Part shown: positions 55,787 to 64,000 of the stretch, piece after piece
Layout of the letters: each line of letters begins with the position of its first letter
Numbering within the stretch: the first letter of the stretch is position 1
DNA from: Chrysomallon squamiferum
Taxonomy: Eukaryota > Animalia > Mollusca
Direction of reading: 5' to 3'
Assembly: GCA_012295275.1 (NCBI GenBank)
Contig: CM022675.1
Coordinates: 15,066,001-15,130,000, forward strand
DNA: 64,000 bases
The notes under the pieces: model-generated
The model's input: only the letters and a program-made list of their open reading frames with translations
What the model was told of the DNA's origin: nothing
Databases searched by the model: none
Translations under genes and position numbers: made by a program

Positions 55787-57271
55787 GAAAATAATATAAT
55801 GTGATTGTTCGTCAGAGCTGTGTTTTAGTTTGAAAATATTTGAGGAAGATCGTTTCGTAGTTGAAATTAATTTCTTTTAGTATGATTAAAATATGGCAGT
55901 TATTAAATAATAGAATGGATTCACCAGTATTTACAGTAATGAAATAATCAGTTGAAAATTTTGAGTTTGAAAGGAATTGTTAATGAAAATTTCTGTAAGT
56001 CTGTGATTGAAATATCTCATCAAACACTTACTTTTATCAGATACATGCGTTTTGAACCAACCAGCTACGTATTTCTTCAAGATATACGATTCGTATTAGA
56101 ACTGACAAAATGGATAATAAGATGAAACAATACATCTTGTAATACATTTGAATGTTACCTTTTAGATTGTGTCTCCGTATTTCGTCATAATATCATTTCT
56201 GACATAACTTCACTTCCTGCAGTTCTAAAAGACGTTTAGAGAAATACATTAGTCTTTTGAAATGTTTGATTACAATTACATCAAAATCTCTGTCAAAGTG
56301 TGAAAGACAAAGACGTGAAGAGAAAAAGAAAACATCAATTTCTGTATTGTTCAAATGAGTGTCTCAGTAATGATAACTGTTGTGAAATAGATGTGAAAGC
56401 TGTAAAACGTGGTGACAGTGAAGACGACGTGTATGTTTTAAAATAGACTGGCGTGTTATCAACACAGAACAGACAACTTTTTTCACAGTTTGTTCTGACA
56501 CCTTTTGTGTTTAAAACTGACAAAAATCTAATACACGTAAAGTGATTCTTTTACTGCGCTGTCCGACCCTGAAAGTACACATTGTGCAAATGTTCAAATT
56601 AAGAGAAAATACTGTTGTTTAACTAGTAATCAGTTTTTTCAAAGCATTCCACTTGCGGAAACATCAGTATACAGAGTACACTGGTTTCCAGTTTGAAAAT
56701 TATTTGGAATTTGTCGCCTGACAAACTATGTTTAGCTATCTTTGCATTACTGGATCACTGTCTCCAGCAGACTTGAACAGCTGCTGTCTTTAAATGTTTT
56801 ATTTAATTATTTTCACTCAAAACATTAATTTACATTAACATTTTGTTATTGGAACATTTTTAATATAAATATTTAGAAGTTGTGAGTTGTTTTCGATACA
56901 TCTTTATTAAATAATGCATACTTATTTTTTTCGTTAACTTCATATTAAAAGTTAACTGATATTCGCAGTAAAACTTCACAGAAAATCATCTGCCGGAAAG
57001 CACACAAGCGCTGACGTTTTATAACCCGCTTTCGGCGCCTTGGTCGGGTGTTATCAGGGTGGTTTTATGGCTGGTCGAGGCCACTCGGCGAGCTCATAGA
57101 CGCTGATTTATGGAGGAGACTGTCGTTAACGACTTGTCGCTTGTTACTGTGTTGTCTGGAGACTGGTGTTTCTGCACGCTGGTGTGAAAACACACCCAGT
57201 GTGAGAGTGACAGACAACAGTTTTATTTAGCATCTCTCTTCCTCGGGTCTGTACTCGCTGCTGACTTCGTT

Positions 57272-58095
57272 ACAGCTCACTGTTCACATCATCTACAACT
57301 CACTGCTCACATCATGTATAACTCACTTCATTTAATAACTCTCTGCTCACTTCATCTGTAAATTACTAGTCACGTCTTCCATAACTCATCTGCACTCACT
57401 GTTCACATCATCTACAACTGACAGCTCACTTCATATATAACTCACTTCACGTCATATAACCCACTACTCACTTCATCTACAACTGACAGCTCACTTCATA
57501 TATAACTCACTTCACATGTCATATATAACTCACTACTCACTTCATCTACAATTGACTGCTCACTTCATATATAACTCACTTCACGTCATATAACCCACTA
57601 CTCACTTCATCTACAATTGACTGCTCACTTCATATATAACTCACTGTTTACTTCATCTACAACTTACTGTTCTCTTCATCTAGAATTCACTTCTCTTCAT
57701 CTATAACTCACTGTTTACTTCATCTACAACTCGCTGTTCTCTTCATCTAGAATTCACTTCTCTTCATCTATAACTCACTGTTTACTTCATCTACAACTCG
57801 CTGTTCTCTTCATCTAGAATTCACTTCTCTTCATCTATAACTCACTGTTTACTTCATCTAGAATTCACTTCTCTTCATCTATAACTCACTGTTTACTTCA
57901 TCTAGAATTCACTTCTCTTCATCTACAACTCGCTGTTCTCTTCATCTAGAATTCACTTCTCTTCATCTAGAATTCACTTCTCTTCATTTTGAACTCACTG
58001 TCTACATCATCTGCGACTTACTGTTCACTTCGTCTACAACTCACTGTTTACTTCATCTACAACTTACTACTTACTTCATCTACAGCTCACTGTTT
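57272..58095. repeat. Degenerate 20-23-bp minisatellite (aactcactgtt[c/t]acttcatctac) with higher-order units
   Basis: Alternating ctagaattcacttctcttcat and aactcactgtttacttcatct subunits. Confidence 0.92.
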
Positions 58096-59300
58096 AACGT
58101 CATATATTATGGAGATGTATAGCAGCTTCTTAGGTGTGTTAGAGACAATAAAAACAAAAATGTTATAGAGAAACATTAATTATCTTTTTCTTTCTTTTTT
58201 GCTCTTTTTATTGTATCACCACACAGCATGCAGTATAAAACGTAGTACAACTAATACATGCTAATGCAATAAAATTCATGTCTCCAAATTATCAGTAGGA
58301 ACTAAAACACATTTCTCGTAAATATTAAGAATATGGTAAGAAACATATAAGATATATAATGGTAAAAATAAAACAGAAAAATGAATAAAATCTTTGCATA
58401 TTTTTACATTTTCTATTCCTAAAGAGTTATGATATTTTTAATTTTATACAAATAATTTTGTCCAAATATTCAATTTTCGTCAAAATTAATTGTTCCCTTA
58501 TTTATCTATATTATAAAACATGTTCAGAACATTTTAGAATCCAGGTAAAGTTTGTTTTTGGTATTTGCCTTTTGATTTATATATGTACTGCTTGGAAATA
58601 TTAAATTGATTATATAATCTTTTTTTAGAATAATTTGGGTTGACTAAAATAATTATAATTTGTTTGTGCATTTATTTGAAGTCTCACTTCTGTTCTCAAA
58701 AATATCAGTTTGTACTAGTGTTCCAGAAGTCTGAACATGTTTACATAACCAAAAAATTTGCATTTATCAGATGTCAAAATTCACATTTATCTTAATATTT
58801 TATACCATATAAAACCAAATGCTTATTTCTTATGATAAGTAACAAGATCTTTTACTGAAAATATCAAGGCCCTATGGTTGTAGTTAGCTTGAAGGGAGGA
58901 AGATTATATACTTTTTCACCATTTATCACAAGAACTTATCAAAAAAATTATGAACATCAGTTATCTTACGCTGTACTTTTTTTTCTAATTTTATTTAAAT
59001 ATCATGTCTTTTTTAAATTGTAAAAAACAAAAAGTGTAAAAGAAACATACCTTTTCTACAAATATAGTGTAATATAAGTAGTGGTAGTACTGAGTTTATA
59101 TTTCTGGGTATATTTGTTCAAAAAGTAACTCAATGACTAAGAAGCTGATGGATACAAAGTATGCGAAAATTTCCGGCACACCTTAGAAACATTGTTATCT
59201 CATTTGTCAGCTGACTTTAAAAACGTCTGCTGTAGTATACACGATGAATAATATTAAATAAATATACACAGCTCAGTGGTGTGACGAAGCAAAGAAATAT

Positions 59301-59423
59301 TTATTATTATTATTATTATTATTATTAATTTTATCATTATTATTATTATTTTTATTATTATTATTATTAATTTTATCATTATTATTATTATTTTTATTAT
59401 TATTATTATTAATTTTATCATTA

Positions 59424-59518
<95 letters not shown>
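59301..59518. repeat. Interrupted (ATT)n microsatellite
   Basis: Directly visible. Confidence 0.95.
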
Positions 59519-60309
59519 TTTTTTTTTTTTTTTTTTCTTATTTTTTACCGTATAGTCACAACAGTAGAATGATTCATCAACTTGTTGAAAATATAATTAA
59601 TTTAAATAATTAGCTACAGTGTTGACGAGTTCAATGTTACATTTTTAATTCGATTGTTTATTTATTACTTTTGCTGTTGATGGAAAAAATGCTCGCATTA
59701 AAAAAGATAATAATAAATAAATTTTAGAAACTCAACAAAGTCCATTGGTAAAATTATGTGGAAATAAAAATTAATTTGACATACCTCATCGTATTATATC
59801 AAACTTATATAATATTTTGTTTAGCAATAGTAATACTGAGAGAAGAAACTCGTTATTCCGTGTAGCATTTTTACTTCTTTCTTTCTTATTTTCTTATTTT
59901 AACTATATGCATTCATCAAAGTGACAGTTATGGAAATTATATAATATAGACATAAGTGTATTATTACTGTTCCATGTTTAGACGCGTTTTTTTATTTTTA
60001 CCCTCATCGCTACAGTTCGTACGTATTCGTGAATATTCGTAAACAATGGTAATAATTTCATATATAGAAAGTCGTGGGTGGTTGTAAGTTGTGTGCGAAG
60101 CTGCTAGAGTAATAATCAATTATCATTGTCACTCTAATGAGCGCGCGAAGTATTTGTAACAGAGAATTTACTAAAATAAGACTTAGAGAAAGCTGACACG
60201 TAGCTGCTAATCTGCCTGTCACCTTTGTTCTACTCACAAAGGAAATAGTTAAGTACATATCGCGCACGTCTTTCTGTGATTTGCTTCTTTTAAAGTTGAC
60301 ACATACTAG

Positions 60310-60387
<78 letters not shown>

Positions 60388-61057
60388 CTTCGTAATAACA
60401 AGTAAATATGTACTTTTTTACTGATAAGTTTGAAACCAAAATTGAATAAATGAACTGATTTAATCAGTGGTTTAATACTTTCAGATTACTAATTGTGTCT
60501 ACTGCTAGCGGCAATCTAAACAAGACCAATTTATCAGATTTTATTACAAAGCAGAACAGTCTTGATTTTAAGTTTGATAAACAAATTAAGAAACAGTTAT
60601 AAAAATTTATATCAGACACTTAATACACGTTATTATTTGTTTTCAACTTATCGAGTATTTGATTTTTTAAAATATGACTTTATTAATACCGACATAAAGT
60701 TTATACTGCGGCTCTATGATGTAATAAAGTTGCAGAATAACTCAGAACAACTTTTATTTAATACGTTCTAATTTTTTTGGATGTCTGGATTTTCTGTACG
60801 TAGATGAATATAGTCTATCAGCTCATTGAACGAGGCCTGGTACTAATGGAACCTTGATCTAGCGATAAACACAAAAATCTGTCTTATGTACCTCTTTAAA
60901 ATGTTCAGTATCAATATTTTCAGTTCTGTCATCAAGGGTAATCTCTAGGCTTTGTAGCAAAAACCCACGCTGCCGCCTTTAAAGTGCCACCATTGAAATT
61001 CTTTCAAATATAAGGCGCACATTTATAAGCCATTACGACTGATTTATCGTTTGTAGA

Positions 61058-61159
61058 TTTATCCAGTTAGACGGTTGCGACTTACACTAATACGTCTGAT
61101 CAGGCCAGACTAATGTGTTTTCATCTATGAGATTGTCCTCACAAAGGCTTGATCGAGCT
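61058..61159. repeat. 102-bp element, copy 1 (copy 2 at 62561-62662)
   Basis: Ungapped direct repeat with 11 mismatches in 102 bp by manual comparison. Confidence 0.92.
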
Positions 61160-62560
61160 CCTAATTCCTCTAATTCCCTACCAATAGATTGTCTTGCCTG
61201 GCTGTGTTTGCATAGAAGGCTATTTGTCACGATTTTAAAACAAACTAATTTGATGTGCTCTCCAGACTCGAATCCTGTTATATAAACTCTATGTATTCAA
61301 ACGATGCCGAATACCGACACAACACAGGAAACTTGTAGACATTTGACTTCTTTGTTTTATTTCATTTTTTGCATTTTCACACAAAGTTCCCGTATTTATT
61401 TAACACCAGCTACCTTTCTTCACCTTTAATATCACATTTAAATTTAAATATGTCATTCTTTATAACCTTTTCGTTTTCAGCTACAACAACAACATCAACA
61501 ACAACGACAACAATAATAATAACAGAACGAAGAAACAAATGAACAACTAAGTAAAAAAAAATAATAAAAAAAAAAAAATATATAGCAAACAGACAAACCC
61601 CTAAACAGACAAACCTAAAAAGAAACTTCATTAAAGGTGTATTATTTTTAGAAGCGATTTCAAAGTTAAAAAATGTATTATAATGGGCGTGTTATTGCAT
61701 ATTGAGTTCTGTGACCCTGGGGCTGGCTGGGAAACAAATATTGATTGTATGGGTTATGAGTGTTCAAGTAGTCCAGTGTTCGCCACGTCGCCTCCAACCG
61801 CGTCTCAAGTGGTCGCACACGACAGCATAGTTCACTTTTAACTGCTCCTCGTCAAACAGTGCACTGCCAGTAGGTATACGACTGTTATATTACTTGTTGT
61901 GTATCAGACTTGTTCATTAATATCCTCTACTTTCAACATGTAACCTTTATAACAGACTCTCATCTCTTTCAGAGCACATTTATCTTAGCTCTTCATTATT
62001 CAGTTTATTAATAGATTCCCAGTATTTTACTACATCATGTATTTTCATTTAAAGTAGAATGTACAACTTTATTTTATTATTTTTTAATTAAACAGTTTTC
62101 ATTTATAAATAGAAGAATCACAGACACAAACGCACGCATATACATACACATACCATTCACAACAATAATGTTCGAAATGCCGATTTACATAAAAGTTATT
62201 GAAAATAAAACGTATATTTAATACATTTAATAAATTATCCCTTTCGATATTTATCAACTTTGTAAATATTACTTTACTTTAAAAATGTGAACAGATAACA
62301 AAATGTTGTCTTTTTAAACGTTTTTTCTTTTGAATATGTTTTTGCTGCACCGTCGCTAGACCTCCTAAGACATACCACTTAATTAACAACATTCAGCAGC
62401 AGAATACAGCTGTTTATACACATCAGTTTGTAAATACTTGTTTAATATCTGGAGAAAATAAAGTAATTTATTAATTAATCAAATTAACCGTTCAATACAC
62501 ATTAACAAATCAGGATTTCCATACCTTGACGAAAAAAAAAGAGAAAAAAACGGAGAAAGT

Positions 62561-62662
62561 TTTATCCAGTTAGACGGTTGCAACTTACACTAATACCTCT
62601 GATCAGGTCGGCCTAATGTGTTGTCATCTGTCAGACTGTCCTCATAAAGGTTTGATCGAGCT
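62561..62662. repeat. 102-bp element, copy 2
   Basis: tttatccagttagacggttgc...aaggtttgatcgagct matches 61058-61159. Confidence 0.92.
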
Positions 62663-62713
62663 TACTGATACAGACGATGATGATGATGTTGATGATAATT
62701 ATTATTATTATTG

Positions 62714-62793
<80 letters not shown>

Positions 62794-63300
62794 TTCAGTT
62801 TTATCTGACTCATGGTAAATAATTAGTAACAACTATTACAAGATATGTTTTCCATGGCAAGGTGTTAAAAACAACAACAAAAAAAACCCCCCACTTTTCT
62901 ATTAACAGATACACTAATTTATTCCTTTTTAATATATCATTACAAAATGAATTTTAATGCACTAAACAAAAATCATTTATTATTATCATCAAAAGTAATG
63001 TTGTTTTTATTGGTGCTGTCGTCGCCGTCGTAATTTCTTTTGTAATGTTTTCTGTTATACCTGTTTATTCTTTAATCAAGTAAAATATGATACTTAATGT
63101 TGCCTTTTATCTCCAGATCACTGTGAGATGGGACGCGGCCCGACCCCCGCTCTGCTCGCCCGGGGCTGTGGCTTGCAATGAGCATGCATGAGAGAGACAC
63201 GAGGCTTTTCAAAATGACTGCCTTGAAGTACAATTACACCTATGATATTGGGGATCACTTTAATGGAATAAGTTTGCCAAACCAAATAAAACGGAGTCCT

Positions 63301-63480
63301 CCAATCAGATAACTGAAACAAGTGATTGACAGCTGTTTTCTTCTCTCTGAGCCTCTCGACAAACTTAGATAGCCAGTGATTGACACATCGGATTATCACC
63401 AAGCAGGCAGCATTGGGCTTTATGACGTCATTTTCTGAGGTGACTTCTACACTGTAACGTGACAAATATCGGATTCAGTG
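63301..63480 (+). promoter_or_regulatory. Candidate hedgehog proximal promoter/enhancer
   Basis: CCAAT at 63301, TGATTGACAG at 63323-63332, TGATTGACAC at 63377-63386, ATTGG at 63412, CRE TGACGTCA at 63423-63430 and Inr-like TCAGT at about 63475. All lie 300-490 bp upstream of the hh ATG. Confidence 0.55.
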
Positions 63481-63514
63481 ACAAACGGACACGGAGTTGA
63501 TTTTAAGGACTTTC

Positions 63515-63549
<35 letters not shown>

Positions 63550-63787
63550 CCTCTCCATCAGCCCAAATGATCTTCAATGTAGATATAAATATATACATTC
63601 TGGAAAATGCGCCTTTAAGAAAATGGAAATGTACGTGGAGGAGTGATTTTTTAACATAGTCATTACCATTTGAAGATATTTATGTATTTCAAAGGTTTCT
63701 TCATACCTTGTAAATTATTACTAGGTGGTGTGTTTAAAGTACGCAAGACGCGTGTCTCCAGGGAAACCTAATCCGGAGAGTCGTAAC

Positions 63788-64000
63788 ATGCCGAGCCTAG
63801 TAGCCCTGAAGTCAGTAGAAGCAGTGGTGATAAGTTTATTACTTCTTACCAGTTTATCCCTACAATGTGGACCAGGCAGGGGCTCAGGGCGCCGCCGGAG
63901 ACCGCGAAAATTAACCCCTTTAGTTTTCAAACAACGTGTTCCAAATGTATCGGAAAATACTATAGGCGCCAGTGGTTTACCTGATACCCCCATCAGAAGA
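63788..64000 (+). CDS. hh: Hedgehog protein, first coding exon (truncated by the window end)
   Basis: [71 protein letters not shown]. It has a signal peptide, the diagnostic CGPGRG N-terminus (Cys at 63866), a basic Cardin-Weintraub motif and the KLTPL.FKQ..PNV.E.T.GASG signature. An in-frame stop at 63722 makes this the first ATG. Confidence 0.98.
   Translation, partial: MPSLVALKSVEAVVISLLLLTSLSLQCGPGRGSGRRRRPRKLTPLVFKQRVPNVSENTIGASGLPDTPIRR

Noticed and set aside
63118-63465. 115-aa minus-strand ORF
   Set aside because: It has a non-ATG start and no recognisable protein, and it overlaps the hh promoter motif cluster.
63721-63993. 90-aa minus-strand ORF
   Set aside because: It is the antisense shadow of the hedgehog exon.

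Overview
AT-rich, microsatellite-dense eukaryotic genomic DNA with spliceosomal introns, probably from a lophotrochozoan such as a mollusc (inferred from the Hedgehog sequence and the repeat types). Nearly all ORF-track entries are microsatellite artefacts. Two real protein-coding loci can be read, both on the + strand, and neither is properly captured by the ORF track. (1) A multi-exon gene at about 568-5596 encodes a secreted precursor of about 151 aa. It has two 6-cysteine knottin-like modules, resembles the ITG-like/prohormone-3 family, and ends in a predicted amidated peptide (GRR-SENDVIDSVGF-GRK). (2) The first coding exon of a hedgehog gene starts at 63788 (signal peptide, then CGPGRG...[28 protein letters not shown]) and runs off the window end. 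The roughly 58 kb between them holds no recognisable gene. It contains minisatellites, a duplicated cryptic (CA/GA) satellite, decayed transposon fragments and GC-richer motif islands that may form the hedgehog cis-regulatory landscape. These include a TALE-DECA/CCAAT/CRE proximal cluster, a duplicated 102-bp element, and a CSL + GLI site pair.
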